Shown: positions 31,024 to 40,719 of the stretch, one piece after another
Layout of the letters: each line of letters opens with the position of its first letter
How positions within the stretch are numbered: position 1 is the stretch's first letter
The notes under the pieces: model-generated
Told to the model about the DNA's origin: nothing
What the model saw: the letters and a program-made list of their open reading frames with translations, nothing else
Databases searched by the model: none
IMG/VR virus record: IMGVR_UViG_3300025141_000077
Span: 712 to 64,711 of that record
DNA from: a virus
Lineage: Duplodnaviria > Caudoviricetes
DNA: 64,000 nt
Reading direction: 5' to 3' (one strand)
Made by a program: the position numbers and the translations under genes

Positions 31024-32406
31024 TCATATACTTTTCCCTACAGTTTTTATCCACCTTTTCCACATTGGTCCTACTGCTTTCATCCAATCATAGTGTTTAA
31101 TAGTGTATTTACGAGCGTTTTTACCGTGCTCTTTTAGTACATCACGATTATGGTAATAATATTCAAAAGCTTCTGCTCCCTTTTGTTCGTCCCATAATGC
31201 CCTCATAGGGGCTGCTCGGATAGGAGTGTCCCACATCATATCTTTGTAAGGTATAAGGAATCCTCTATCAGACTCAATCATATTATCATCCCCATCTAAA
31301 CCGTGAGGGAATAACATTTCTGGAGGACATTGAGGTGAATCAGCTCCTACTAATTCATAACTAGTAGTGTAATTACATATTACATTAGGTTTACCACAAG
31401 ACATAGCTTCTACAGTAGGGATACCAAATCCTTCCCCACCCGTAGGTAATGCGTGGACATCCATCATATTATAAATATCTACCATCCCATCATCATCAGG
31501 GTGTTCTCCATTTTCTAAGTTCCCCATTGTAGGAGGTACCATATATTCTGCAATGTCAAACACTTTGTCACTAGACATATATTGTATATTCCATCCCATA
31601 TGGTCTTCCCAATGCATATGCAATAAGAGTTTAGCATCATCAGGGGTAAGGTTATTCTTTTCTACAAATAATTTAAAGGACCGCATTAATCGAGGAATAT
31701 GTTTGCGGTGTTGGTTTCGTGCCACACACCCAATCACAAAGGCATCATTAGGTCGAGGAATATCTCTTGGTTTAAAGAAATTTGTATCTACACCGTGAGG
31801 AATATAAGTAGATTTGTAACCATTAAAATCTTCTAACATTACAGATTGTCCATATCTGGACATTGCTACAGGATAATCTACGTGTTCTAAAGTACGTAAC
31901 CAGTTAGGAATAGAAGGTTGCCCATCAATAGGGATAATTGAACCTAATTTAAATCTAGGTTTCTGACCCACTTTGTAAGCCTTTCTTGCTAATCTAATAA
32001 AAGACTGTTGATTTTGCCACGTACCTTGTTCATCTACCATAGGTATGTTTAATCCTGATGGTTGTTTATGTTGTGTAACATAATCAAACATTTGGATATC
32101 TAAATGAGTAAAAACTAAATCTGGTTTAAACCCTTCCATCCATTGAGGGAAAGACTTTTCCCCAAACTTTTCTTCACCCGGATGCATTAAGGGAAGTATT
32201 TCAAAAGATACTTTCTTTTCTTCTTGTCCTAAAGGCCAAGGGGTTTCCCAAGAGGGAATATGTTGAGGGTTCTGACACCCTGCAAAACCTAAGGTATGAC
32301 CTTCTTCTGCAAATATACTAGCTATATTTCTTGTATTCGTCCCGAATCCTGTAGGAGCCCAAGGCGAATCACTGATTGGCATTATCCTGACCATTTTATC
32401 ACTCAC
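31024..32406 (-). CDS. GT-B (GT4) glycosyltransferase
   Basis: SDSPWAPTGFG, IPHGVD, RNQHRK, GEGFGIPTVEAMSCGKP motifs. Confidence 0.92.
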   Translation of the reverse strand: MSDKMVRIMPISDSPWAPTGFGTNTRNIASIFAEEGHTLGFAGCQNPQHIPSWETPWPLGQEEKKVSFEILPLMHPGEEKFGEKSFPQWMEGFKPDLVFTHLDIQMFDYVTQHKQPSGLNIPMVDEQGTWQNQQSFIRLARKAYKVGQKPRFKLGSIIPIDGQPSIPNWLRTLEHVDYPVAMSRYGQSVMLEDFNGYKSTYIPHGVDTNFFKPRDIPRPNDAFVIGCVARNQHRKHIPRLMRSFKLFVEKNNLTPDDAKLLLHMHWEDHMGWNIQYMSSDKVFDIAEYMVPPTMGNLENGEHPDDDGMVDIYNMMDVHALPTGGEGFGIPTVEAMSCGKPNVICNYTTSYELVGADSPQCPPEMLFPHGLDGDDNMIESDRGFLIPYKDMMWDTPIRAAPMRALWDEQKGAEAFEYYYHNRDVLKEHGKNARKYTIKHYDWMKAVGPMWKRWIKTVGKSI

Positions 32407-32600
32407 TGTTTGATAGCTATAGTGTCACTCTTGCTAACTATAACAGTTCCCTTATCTCCGGTCAGGTATATAAAATTATCATCATCGTCCACTATCTTTC
32501 CTCTTCCTACTTTAGTCTTATCATCTTCTTTCCATACCACTTTTACTTCTGCGTCTTTTAAAAAGGATGCTAATTTTTTATCATTTTCAGTTTCCATCAT
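32403..32600 (-). CDS. Putative Sm/LSm-fold protein
   Basis: 65 aa: short helix, then VKVVW..GKIV..DDNFIYL...VIVSKSDTIAI. Confidence 0.5.
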   Translation of the reverse strand: MMETENDKKLASFLKDAEVKVVWKEDDKTKVGRGKIVDDDDNFIYLTGDKGTVIVSKSDTIAIKQ

Positions 32601-32627
32601 TACACCTCCAAGGTGTATTATTAATCA

Positions 32628-33065
32628 CTAGTCCATTATATTTAAAGGTTCTGCTGTCTTGAATTGGTCCAGAGGTATAAATGCATAGTGATTTAATTCT
32701 AAAGCACCCCTGTCGGTACGAGCATTATATCCTAATTTAAATTTTGCATTACACATATCTAAATAACATACACCATTAGTAAAGTTTATTACAAAGAATA
32801 CTTTATTTCCCATACCAATGAGTTCTATTGCTTTAGCAACTTTAGAAGCGGGTACTATAGTTTCTTCATACGCATCTTTTGATATACGTCTTGATTTTAT
32901 TTCCACATAACATTGTTTACCATTTCTATACCCTAGATAATCGAAGTGGTCGAACTTGCCTAGCTTTTCAAAATCTTTTCCTAGCTCATCACCAATATGT
33001 TTGATGACCATCTTTTCACGACCGATTCCCCAGTCGTAGTCTTTTTTTACGTTTACTTTCTTCAT
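32628..33065 (-). CDS. PD-(D/E)XK endonuclease
   Basis: HFDY...YVEIKSR motif; start reassigned to MKKVNVKK at 33065. Confidence 0.75.
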   Translation of the reverse strand: MKKVNVKKDYDWGIGREKMVIKHIGDELGKDFEKLGKFDHFDYLGYRNGKQCYVEIKSRRISKDAYEETIVPASKVAKAIELIGMGNKVFFVINFTNGVCYLDMCNAKFKLGYNARTDRGALELNHYAFIPLDQFKTAEPLNIMD

Positions 33066-33067
33066 AT

Positions 33068-33172
33068 TTAATACCACATAATCATCCACATCCATATCAT
33101 CACAAAAAATCCTATAAGTAAATACCACATAGCATCTTCCATATGAGGTGGACCTATTATCATTTCTTTCAT
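33068..33172 (-). CDS. Membrane microprotein (34 aa; not in ORF track)
   Basis: MKEMIIGPPHMEDAMWYLLIGFFVMIWMWMIMWY; ATGA-coupled to the upstream ORF. Confidence 0.5.
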   Translation of the reverse strand: MKEMIIGPPHMEDAMWYLLIGFFVMIWMWMIMWY

Positions 33173-33258
33173 TTATATTTCCTCCATAAGAAATATATTA
33201 AACCTACTATGGGTCCATCCATTATTGCTACAAATAAAACCCACTCTGATAAAGTCAT
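33169..33258 (-). CDS. Membrane microprotein (29 aa; not in ORF track)
   Basis: MTLSEWVLFVAIMDGPIVGLIYFLWRKYK; ATGA overlaps at both ends. Confidence 0.55.
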   Translation of the reverse strand: MTLSEWVLFVAIMDGPIVGLIYFLWRKYK

Positions 33259-33401
33259 AATCCATCATTCCACCTTGTAGTATAACATTCTGGACAAGAC
33301 CAACCTTCCATACCATCTCTCATTGAAAGGCTATGGTATGTTTTTTTAAACATAGCGCATCCACAATCTCTACATATGGGTGATGCTTCTACCTTTTCCA
33401 T
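33255..33401 (-). CDS. Zinc-finger microprotein (48 aa; not in ORF track)
   Basis: CRDCG...CPEC; coupled TAATG start and ATGA end. Confidence 0.65.
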   Translation of the reverse strand: MEKVEASPICRDCGCAMFKKTYHSLSMRDGMEGWSCPECYTTRWNDGL

Positions 33402-33550
33402 TATTTCGACTCCCTTTCAGCTAACCAAATAGGTGGTGCGCGTTTAAATTCTATTTCGTACCATTCAATAACCCACTTATTTATATCATCACTGTTTAAA
33501 GCAGAACTACTCTTTTCATACTTATCTAATATATAATCACTTAGTTTCAT
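33401..33550 (-). CDS. Microprotein (49 aa; not in ORF track)
   Basis: MKLSDYILDKYE...PPIWLAERESK; ATGA-coupled to polB. Confidence 0.55.
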   Translation of the reverse strand: MKLSDYILDKYEKSSSALNSDDINKWVIEWYEIEFKRAPPIWLAERESK

Positions 33551-35784
33551 ACAAACTCCAATAAACTCTGTTGTTTTCTATCTAAAGCAGTAAGAGGGGG
33601 TTTTTTATTTACCCAACGTTTTAAATCGAATTTTTGCAACAGGTTAGATATAATGTTCCAATGGTATTTAATATCTATGTCGTCTACATCATCGACACTA
33701 CCTTCTAGTTCTACACCACTATTGGTTTTATAATAATAAAAAGAAGAACCTATCTTTACCTTTTGCCCTTCTGCTTTCGCTTTAGTTGCTAATTGAATTA
33801 CTAAATCATTTTCATTTTTATAATCTGCTAAGTTTTGATTCATTGTTCTTGACTGTAAAAAATCGTCTACTTTATAATTTTCAAAATCGTATAAATCTTT
33901 TATAAATTCTTGGTTTACTGTATTATCTAAACGTGCATCAATTAATTTATTTAATACTTTAACATAAAATGGTGAACGACTGCGAGATTTAAAGGTCGAA
34001 CCGTGTTTTGTAAGAGATTCATCAAGGTTTCTAAGTACATAATTACCTATAGCTATCCAAAAACCTTCTTTAAATTCGTCTTTATCTACTAATATCCATT
34101 CTGATTCACTAAGAGGGAATAAACTATCCATAGCATTTCTTAGTTCTTCATTAACCCACTCTACATCAATGTCACAATTAGTATTAACACCATCGGTGTG
34201 AATGTAAACTACAGAATCTTCACCATATCTTTTTTGTACAATGTTTTTAGCGCCGAGTATTAACCACCTTGCTATACCTGTAATAGCTAGACCTACAGCT
34301 ATGTCGCCGTAACTCATATAGGGATTAGTGTTTGCCCCATAGAATGTATTAACCATTATCTTGAGACCGTTAGATTTACTTTTTGCTTCGTGTCCACTCA
34401 TTTGTTTATAAGGTTCACGCATTTCTTTAAATTGTTTACACATTTTATATAAACAAGATTTATTTTTTAAGTCCACCCTAATGATAACGTTCTTATCTAA
34501 TACATTATCGGGGATAGTTAATATCATATTTAATCCTGAAGGTGCTGATTCACACCCAAATTTACTGATATCATAGTCTTCATACCTTAAGATACGTGTA
34601 GTATCTGGTCCTAAATTTAAAGCAAGAGCTATACTAGGATACATAGATGCAAAATCAACTTTATAATTATACTTATGGAAACCGGGACTATATAAATCAA
34701 TGTGAGCGGCTTGGAAACTCTCAATTTCAGGGTGCCTTTCGTTGTTTTTATCAAACGTCAAAATATTTCTTTTAAATAGCGCCCTCCCCTGAAGAATCTT
34801 AGTAATAAAAGAATCAGCTGAATTCATATATGTTTCTAAAGGAACTTTCAATACTTCAGCAATATACTTATGTTGTGTAAAGTAATGATTAAATAAATAT
34901 TTAGTTGCATCACAATCACTAAGAACATACTCATTGATGGTATCTAAATCATAATCTAGTATATCATTAAGGTTAAAATCTAGTTCGATAGGCTCTAATC
35001 CATAGAATCTAGAGACATCCTTTAGTCTTTTACTGAGTCCAGCAAGAGCATAATCACGGGATGCGAAATTATAAACATCTACAATTAATCTACCCCACGT
35101 TTCTACTTTACTCTTCTTATGGTAAGAAAAATCTGACTCCCAACCAAATGTTGCGTGATTGTCACGGTTTAAATAGGGCCTTAGATTAATATTATGATGC
35201 CCTGCTCGAGCAAACAATTGAGGAATGTCATATCCTATAAGATTGTACCCGTAAATAATGTCGGGGTCATAATCTTTTACAAACTCTACAAATTTTAAAA
35301 TTAAATCTTTATCGTCTTTACCATCCCACAGTATAGTCTCTCGCTGACCATCATCAGTGACAATACCTACTGCAACAATAGGATGTTGTGGTCCAGATGG
35401 AAATGAACCATCTGCTGAAGTTACTTCTAAATCAAATCCTAATGATGTAGGTTCTCTACTTTCAAACCCTGTAAAGAATTCAGGGTGCTCAATACATACT
35501 CTTTCTATTTCATTGCGAGTTAATCCATCTATTTTAGATAAAGGCGAAATTGAATCAGGTCTTAATTCACTGAGATTTTGGACAGAGTATTCTCTTAATA
35601 ATTGTGTAGTTGATTTACCTAATACATTATATTCTTGCCCATTTTTATCGTGCATATAGTATTTGTGTGTGCGTGGAGATTTAATAACTCTTTTTTCTCC
35701 ACTTTGCCAAATAATTATTTGTTGCTCACCAGTCATTCTATTGACTGTGCTGTATGTACTAAATGCTGAGAGAGGGACGTTCAT
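33547..35784 (-). CDS. polB: Family B DNA polymerase with 3'-5' exonuclease domain
   Basis: Exo motifs FDLE, YNLIGYD, YVLSD; polymerase motifs DFASMYPS, KIMVNTFYG, YIHTDG. Confidence 0.95.
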   Translation of the reverse strand: MNVPLSAFSTYSTVNRMTGEQQIIIWQSGEKRVIKSPRTHKYYMHDKNGQEYNVLGKSTTQLLREYSVQNLSELRPDSISPLSKIDGLTRNEIERVCIEHPEFFTGFESREPTSLGFDLEVTSADGSFPSGPQHPIVAVGIVTDDGQRETILWDGKDDKDLILKFVEFVKDYDPDIIYGYNLIGYDIPQLFARAGHHNINLRPYLNRDNHATFGWESDFSYHKKSKVETWGRLIVDVYNFASRDYALAGLSKRLKDVSRFYGLEPIELDFNLNDILDYDLDTINEYVLSDCDATKYLFNHYFTQHKYIAEVLKVPLETYMNSADSFITKILQGRALFKRNILTFDKNNERHPEIESFQAAHIDLYSPGFHKYNYKVDFASMYPSIALALNLGPDTTRILRYEDYDISKFGCESAPSGLNMILTIPDNVLDKNVIIRVDLKNKSCLYKMCKQFKEMREPYKQMSGHEAKSKSNGLKIMVNTFYGANTNPYMSYGDIAVGLAITGIARWLILGAKNIVQKRYGEDSVVYIHTDGVNTNCDIDVEWVNEELRNAMDSLFPLSESEWILVDKDEFKEGFWIAIGNYVLRNLDESLTKHGSTFKSRSRSPFYVKVLNKLIDARLDNTVNQEFIKDLYDFENYKVDDFLQSRTMNQNLADYKNENDLVIQLATKAKAEGQKVKIGSSFYYYKTNSGVELEGSVDDVDDIDIKYHWNIISNLLQKFDLKRWVNKKPPLTALDRKQQSLLEFV

Positions 35785-36041
35785 CCAGCAGGTCCCTCGC
35801 GATGTTGTGGTTCATTATTACCTTCATCATTATTATCTTCATCTATTAAGGGTAATACTTCAATAAGTCCTACTGCATCCATTATAGAAAGACACCAGAC
35901 TTTATGCATTAGACTTTCTTCACTTTCTTCTGCTCCAATGATAGGTGATTTTAATTCCTCGACTTTTTCGTTATGATACATTGCACACTCTTTGAGAATG
36001 GCTATCCATTGTAATCGTCGTTCCTCTCTTTCATCTTTCAT
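35781..36041 (-). CDS. Hypothetical protein
   Basis: Coupled ORF within the replication operon. Confidence 0.6.
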   Translation of the reverse strand: MKDEREERRLQWIAILKECAMYHNEKVEELKSPIIGAEESEESLMHKVWCLSIMDAVGLIEVLPLIDEDNNDEGNNEPQHREGPAG

Positions 36042-36337
36042 ATTATCAACTTCTCGGGTATAAGACCCTTCCTTTTTAAAACTTCCCTCTCTATTGGGCG
36101 ATGTCTATAAACTAAATCACATTTTTTATCAGATTGAATAGTCCATAATTTAATAATTATAATATCATTTACCCGGCACCACATTCTCTTTTTAAATTTG
36201 CCGGGTATCCTAACCATTCTAGTTAGGTCATCTTCACAAAAGGCTTTCATTCGAGAGCCTCCTGATATTTCAGTAACAATAGCAAACATTTCACCTTTAG
36301 GTTTATAGGGTAGTTTAACCTTCATACCAAGCTCCAT
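36038..36337 (-). CDS. eif1a: Translation initiation factor aIF-1A (eIF1A family)
   Basis: GEMFAIVTEISGGSRMKAFCEDDLTRMVRIPGKFKKRMW..ND....W.....K.D.VYR matches the archaeal IF-1A OB fold. Confidence 0.9.
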   Translation of the reverse strand: MELGMKVKLPYKPKGEMFAIVTEISGGSRMKAFCEDDLTRMVRIPGKFKKRMWCRVNDIIIIKLWTIQSDKKCDLVYRHRPIEREVLKRKGLIPEKLII

Positions 36338-37748
36338 AATCTAAAGTAGTATTTTCTTTTTTACTGCTTAAAATCTTTACCTCTTCTGGGTTGATATCGT
36401 GAGCAAGTTTTTCTTCCGATACTTTCCCAGTATCTAATGATATGGTTTCTTGAGTAAAAGGATTAACTACTTCCACTCCAGTACAATATCTACCAATGTA
36501 TTCATCAGCTATTTCAGGCCAAGTTTCTTTAACTAGATTTCGAGTTTCTACTAAAAGTTCATTCCAGTTAATTTTAGTACTAGGTTCCCTTATAAGAGGA
36601 GATTTAAAATATAATTTTTTGTTATTATCTTCCTCCATTTCTAAAAATCCTAACATTTGTAAAGAAGTTAAGAGTGGAGTAATACTTTTACCAGCAAAGG
36701 GTAATCCAGCTTGCCGTGCTGCCTGTTGTATTTCTTTCATACCCATTTTAATAACTTCACTTGTAACCATTCCATATTTATCTATATCACTATCGGGTAT
36801 TAACTTAAGTATATCAATTCCGTGTGAAGGCATCTGTAAACATTCAGTTACAAATGTATCAATGTATATTTGAGTAGCTAACCAATTATGTTTAGGTGTA
36901 ACTAATCCGTAAGTTTTTCCATCTCTATCTATAGTAACCATTTCATCAGGGTAAAATCGTGCTACTGCATTAATTAATTTTAAAAAGTAATGAACTTTAC
37001 TTCTAGCTATAGGAAATAATGTAGGTATTACATTAAACAAGAAGGGAGCGCACGGGTTACGGACTTGTACAGCTCTTGTATCGTCTCTATTAATAATACA
37101 TTTAGCAATATGCGCTTTAAGTCCCTTTATTTCTTCATCACTCATTGTGATAATATCTTCTTGAGGTCTTGCAGTTGTATCTAATTTATATTTAATTACG
37201 TCTTCTGTCTGCTTTACTGTAGGGTTAGTATGGGTTACCATATACCTACGCTCTAACTCTGCATCTAGAAAAGCATCCCCGCGTTTATTTTCTACTGCTT
37301 TACACATAAAAACAAACTTAGGTATTAATCTTTGTTCTCTAATATCTTGTATAGTAATATCAGTTCTTTTACGTATAGCAGGTCTATCATCAGCCCAAGT
37401 TTTAAGTATTTCAATAATACTTTCTGGACATTTCTGTGCTTCAGGGATGGCTATGAATCGAGATTGGTTAATCTCATCCATACTATACCATAAAGCTGTA
37501 TCAGACAGTTGCTCTATAACTGTAGTTTTAATAGGGGTTCCTTCTAATAAATTAAATACAGCATTCATAATTACTGTCTTGCCTGTTCCACTGTAAGCAT
37601 TAATCATAAAGTTTGTGTCCTCGAGAAGATAAGATAAAGCAGCAGTAACTGCTAGTTTATCCTCTCCAATAATCGGAACTAATTCCCCTTTACTGTTTCT
37701 TACATTGTGGAAGTATCTAACTAGGTCAGTTAATTCAAACTGGCTCAA
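36315..37748 (-). CDS. AAA+ ATPase, probable MCM-related replicative helicase
   Basis: Walker A AYSGTGKT, Walker B-like FIAIPE, arginine finger ELERR, C-terminal wHTH-like region. Confidence 0.7.
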   Translation of the reverse strand: MSQFELTDLVRYFHNVRNSKGELVPIIGEDKLAVTAALSYLLEDTNFMINAYSGTGKTVIMNAVFNLLEGTPIKTTVIEQLSDTALWYSMDEINQSRFIAIPEAQKCPESIIEILKTWADDRPAIRKRTDITIQDIREQRLIPKFVFMCKAVENKRGDAFLDAELERRYMVTHTNPTVKQTEDVIKYKLDTTARPQEDIITMSDEEIKGLKAHIAKCIINRDDTRAVQVRNPCAPFLFNVIPTLFPIARSKVHYFLKLINAVARFYPDEMVTIDRDGKTYGLVTPKHNWLATQIYIDTFVTECLQMPSHGIDILKLIPDSDIDKYGMVTSEVIKMGMKEIQQAARQAGLPFAGKSITPLLTSLQMLGFLEMEEDNNKKLYFKSPLIREPSTKINWNELLVETRNLVKETWPEIADEYIGRYCTGVEVVNPFTQETISLDTGKVSEEKLAHDINPEEVKILSSKKENTTLDYGAWYEG

Positions 37749-38431
37749 TGTCTATACTCCTTTGCTTTTTTAACATCTAATAACCCATTTTCTATTAATC
37801 TAATTGAATACTTTTTAGCATCCTTATCTTCTATAATAGGGTATATCTCTTTGATTAGTAAAAATAAATCTATTAAACTCATAGGTTTTTCGTCATAATC
37901 TACAAGTTTCATTACTAATTCTTCGGGAACAACCCATTTAAAATCCTTTACCATATTTTGATATGCATCTAATGGTGAAGGTCTAAATACTTCTTTTACA
38001 TACATCTCTTCATCTGATTCTACAATATCATACCCATTATATTTCTTACCATTCATATTAGTTAATTGTCTATATGAAATTTTAAAAACCTTATCACAGG
38101 GATTCTTATTATCATCAAAGAGTGTTGAAAATATCTTTTGTAAGTGGGTATGTGTAGTTAAATTCACTGATAAATATTTAATATCATTATTACCCTTACT
38201 CACATAGATACCATAAACGTAATCTGTGCTTTTCTTTATGCCGTTTTGGCAGTGAAAACAATCTTGGTCTAGAGCAGCCCAACATTTCACGTATGAATTT
38301 TTGGAACTGCTCCAATGCTTGATGTTTTTCAAAGGATTAACATAAGCAAATTGACCGAGAGCTGTCATTGAGTGGGTCAACCACACTCTCTCGCTCTTGG
38401 GCGATTGAATCCAATCGCTGTAACCACTCAC
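37745..38431 (-). CDS. Putative zinc-binding ssDNA-binding protein (gp32-like)
   Basis: KHW....VKC......CFHC followed by OB-like strands; replication module position. Confidence 0.45.
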   Translation of the reverse strand: MSGYSDWIQSPKSERVWLTHSMTALGQFAYVNPLKNIKHWSSSKNSYVKCWAALDQDCFHCQNGIKKSTDYVYGIYVSKGNNDIKYLSVNLTTHTHLQKIFSTLFDDNKNPCDKVFKISYRQLTNMNGKKYNGYDIVESDEEMYVKEVFRPSPLDAYQNMVKDFKWVVPEELVMKLVDYDEKPMSLIDLFLLIKEIYPIIEDKDAKKYSIRLIENGLLDVKKAKEYRH

Positions 38432-38432
38432 T

Positions 38433-38639
38433 TTAGTCTTGTGATTTTTGTGGCTGTTGGTCGCCTTTGTCGTATAGTCTAAAGTATGGTTTGTTGCTGC
38501 CTTCTTCCCAGTAGGAATTTCTAAACATTACAACTGCTTTTCCATCTTTAGTCTTGCCGGAGTAGTATATCTCTCCTTTCTTGCTTTCGTTGCGGAATAA
38601 CCCAACGATTTCTTCTAATTTTCCATCACTTTGTGCCAT
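38433..38639 (-). CDS. Small OB-like DNA-binding protein (DUF736-like)
   Basis: GLFRNESKKGEIYYSGK...FRN....KPYFRLY; first gene after a promoter. Confidence 0.55.
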   Translation of the reverse strand: MAQSDGKLEEIVGLFRNESKKGEIYYSGKTKDGKAVVMFRNSYWEEGSNKPYFRLYDKGDQQPQKSQD

Positions 38640-38664
38640 CTTTTGACCTCTTGCTAAGTAAGAA

Positions 38665-38689
38665 GAACTTAGTATATATAAGTTCCCCC
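38665..38689 (-). promoter_or_regulatory. TATA promoter of the replication operon, flanked by a 7 bp inverted repeat
   Basis: + strand GAACTTA GTATATA TAAGTTC. Confidence 0.65.
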
Positions 38690-38696
38690 TTAACCA

Positions 38697-38990
38697 TCAT
38701 TCAATCACCACCAACCTTCCAGTGGCTTCATCTATACTATAAAATACACCTAGTCCTCCAGCGTGCCTTCTATCTCTTTCTTTAGTATAAGATTTATTAA
38801 CATCATTAACTACATCCCATAAATCTAATAAACATCCTCCACAATAACATTTGGTGTTAATCATTCTTGTTTCTCTACACCAAAACTTTTTGGGGTCATT
38901 CTCTATTTGTCTCATACATACGTGACATTTGCCAATAATAGCATTACCTTCAGCGTAAACTCTAATTACACTTGGTTTTTCTTCCATCAT
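38697..38990 (-). CDS. Zinc-finger protein
   Basis: CHVC...CGGC. Confidence 0.65.
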   Translation of the reverse strand: MMEEKPSVIRVYAEGNAIIGKCHVCMRQIENDPKKFWCRETRMINTKCYCGGCLLDLWDVVNDVNKSYTKERDRRHAGGLGVFYSIDEATGRLVVIE

Positions 38991-39262
38991 TCGAACATAC
39001 CGGATACATTCCCTATTTTAGATTCGTCACCTGTCGTTAAGTGAGAATTACCGTGTAGGTTTTTCATTAATTTAGCAAATTTAGCAAATTGTTTCATTAC
39101 ATCTTCTAAAGATTGTGTTTTATCCATAGGGATAATATCTAGTTCAATATTTCCTAACCTCATTGAGTGTCTAGAATGTGCTCGAAGCATAGTATTTTCT
39201 GATGCTTCAACCACAAATTGTTCCATTAGTTCTTGCTGTTCATTCTTCTTCTCTTTCTTCAT
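38987..39262 (-). CDS. Hypothetical protein
   Basis: Coupled ORF in the - strand operon. Confidence 0.6.
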   Translation of the reverse strand: MKKEKKNEQQELMEQFVVEASENTMLRAHSRHSMRLGNIELDIIPMDKTQSLEDVMKQFAKFAKLMKNLHGNSHLTTGDESKIGNVSGMFE

Positions 39263-39527
39263 TTATTATTTCTCCAATTCTTTTCACTGCTGTCCAATTT
39301 AATTTGAATTCTTTGTCAAATATTCCTACTTTTACAAAAGATTTATACAATCCTTTAATCATTCCCATAGTTTCATCGACTTTATTTTCTAACATATTAA
39401 ATTCGTGATGCATTTCGTCTATTTTATCTAAGACATCTTTTATATTTTCTACAAAGGGCCACCAATCACTTGTAAGGCTTTCGGTTCTTCTTTCTATGTT
39501 TGTTCTCCATTGTGCGTGGGGTTCCAT
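39240..39527 (-). CDS. Hypothetical coiled-coil protein
   Basis: GGAGG SD; helical pattern. Confidence 0.6.
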   Translation of the reverse strand: MEPHAQWRTNIERRTESLTSDWWPFVENIKDVLDKIDEMHHEFNMLENKVDETMGMIKGLYKSFVKVGIFDKEFKLNWTAVKRIGEIINEEREEE

Positions 39528-39753
39528 ATATTTTCCTCCTTTTATTTATATCTGCTATGTGCAGGTGTTCAACTTTTCCACTTTTAGGATATATATACGG
39601 TTTTATTAAACCATTCCAATAGTTCCAACAGTTTTCAAACGTTGGTTCTAGTCCCTTATTCATTACCTTTTGAATAATCTTGTGCTTAAATTTACGACTA
39701 GGTTTATTCCAGCACTTTTCAAATTCATCCAAACATTGTTCCATCATATTCAC
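39466..39753 (-). CDS. Hypothetical protein
   Basis: Operon continuity. Confidence 0.5.
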   Translation of the reverse strand: MNMMEQCLDEFEKCWNKPSRKFKHKIIQKVMNKGLEPTFENCWNYWNGLIKPYIYPKSGKVEHLHIADINKRRKIYGTPRTMENKHRKKNRKPYK

Positions 39754-40075
39754 TCCCTTCTTTTTTTGGCGCTTCCTTTCCCTTTTTAAATAGCTCCGTT
39801 AAATCTTTAGGCAGACTGCCAATCATTGCAATTTTCTGCTCAAAGAATTTAACATAAGCTAGTAATATAATTTCATCTCGCTTTGACATTTTAATAGTGT
39901 TACTAATAGTGCTTAGACCTTGTATTATAGATGTTGGTTGCATTACATTAAACACTTGAATCCATTTTTCATAGACTGCTTTATCTCTGTCAGTAACAAG
40001 AAATTCATCTAAATCTATTTGACCCTCTTCGAGTCCTTTTAGGTGATTCAGGAATTCTTTAATCATTTTTTCCAA
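39725..40075 (-). CDS. Hypothetical protein
   Basis: GGTGG SD; operon continuity. Confidence 0.6.
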   Translation of the reverse strand: MEKMIKEFLNHLKGLEEGQIDLDEFLVTDRDKAVYEKWIQVFNVMQPTSIIQGLSTISNTIKMSKRDEIILLAYVKFFEQKIAMIGSLPKDLTELFKKGKEAPKKEGSEYDGTMFG

Positions 40076-40589
40076 CCACCTTCTTTCTATTTAAAAGTAT
40101 TGATAAATCATATCTCACTGGTTTAGATAATCGTTTAAGTTCAGTTCCTAGTGTTTCAATAACATTCCATTTGACTGATTTACGTTTTGCATCATCATAT
40201 ATCAGTGCCATTTGGTCAGGTCTTAATGCAAATACACGTTTATTGCGTGGTTCATCCTTTCTAATAAAGAACCAAGCTTTACCCCCAGCCTTTTCTAAAT
40301 CTAAAGCGTATTGTCTCTGATGTTCTGGGACTGCTGCTTTTTTATTATAATATAATGGAAATGAAGTTTTATTTCTGCTTGTTTTACACTCAATTAAAAT
40401 TGGTATTCCATTTTGCACTGCAAAGAAATCGCCGGGTTGTTTCTCCGAGATTGCTTTTTTAACGAAGCGAGATACGTCATTAGTATCTTGAATCCTAAAC
40501 CACCACCATCCGGCAGTGTCTAATGATTTTCTAATTTCCCATTCGAAATTCTTTCCTGTATAATTATTTGATTTCATCTTTATCTCCAT
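40059..40589 (-). CDS. Holliday junction resolvase (Hjc/RecU-like PD-(D/E)XK)
   Basis: GKNFEWEI, PGDFFA, LIECKTS and HQ..A...GG motifs. Confidence 0.8.
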   Translation of the reverse strand: MEIKMKSNNYTGKNFEWEIRKSLDTAGWWWFRIQDTNDVSRFVKKAISEKQPGDFFAVQNGIPILIECKTSRNKTSFPLYYNKKAAVPEHQRQYALDLEKAGGKAWFFIRKDEPRNKRVFALRPDQMALIYDDAKRKSVKWNVIETLGTELKRLSKPVRYDLSILLNRKKVVGKND

Positions 40590-40719
40590 AGAAATTATTT
40601 TTAGGTGCTTTATCTCTACCTAATCCTTTAGCGTAACAATCATCACAGACATACATTTCAAAACTTGATGTCCATAGAGCTACTCTATGACAGTATAAAC
40701 ACTCTAATCTTTTACTCAT
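40564..40719 (-). CDS. Zinc-finger microprotein (51 aa; not in ORF track)
   Basis: CLYC...CDDC; ATGA-coupled to the methyltransferase. Confidence 0.65.
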   Translation of the reverse strand: MSKRLECLYCHRVALWTSSFEMYVCDDCYAKGLGRDKAPKNNFYGDKDEIK

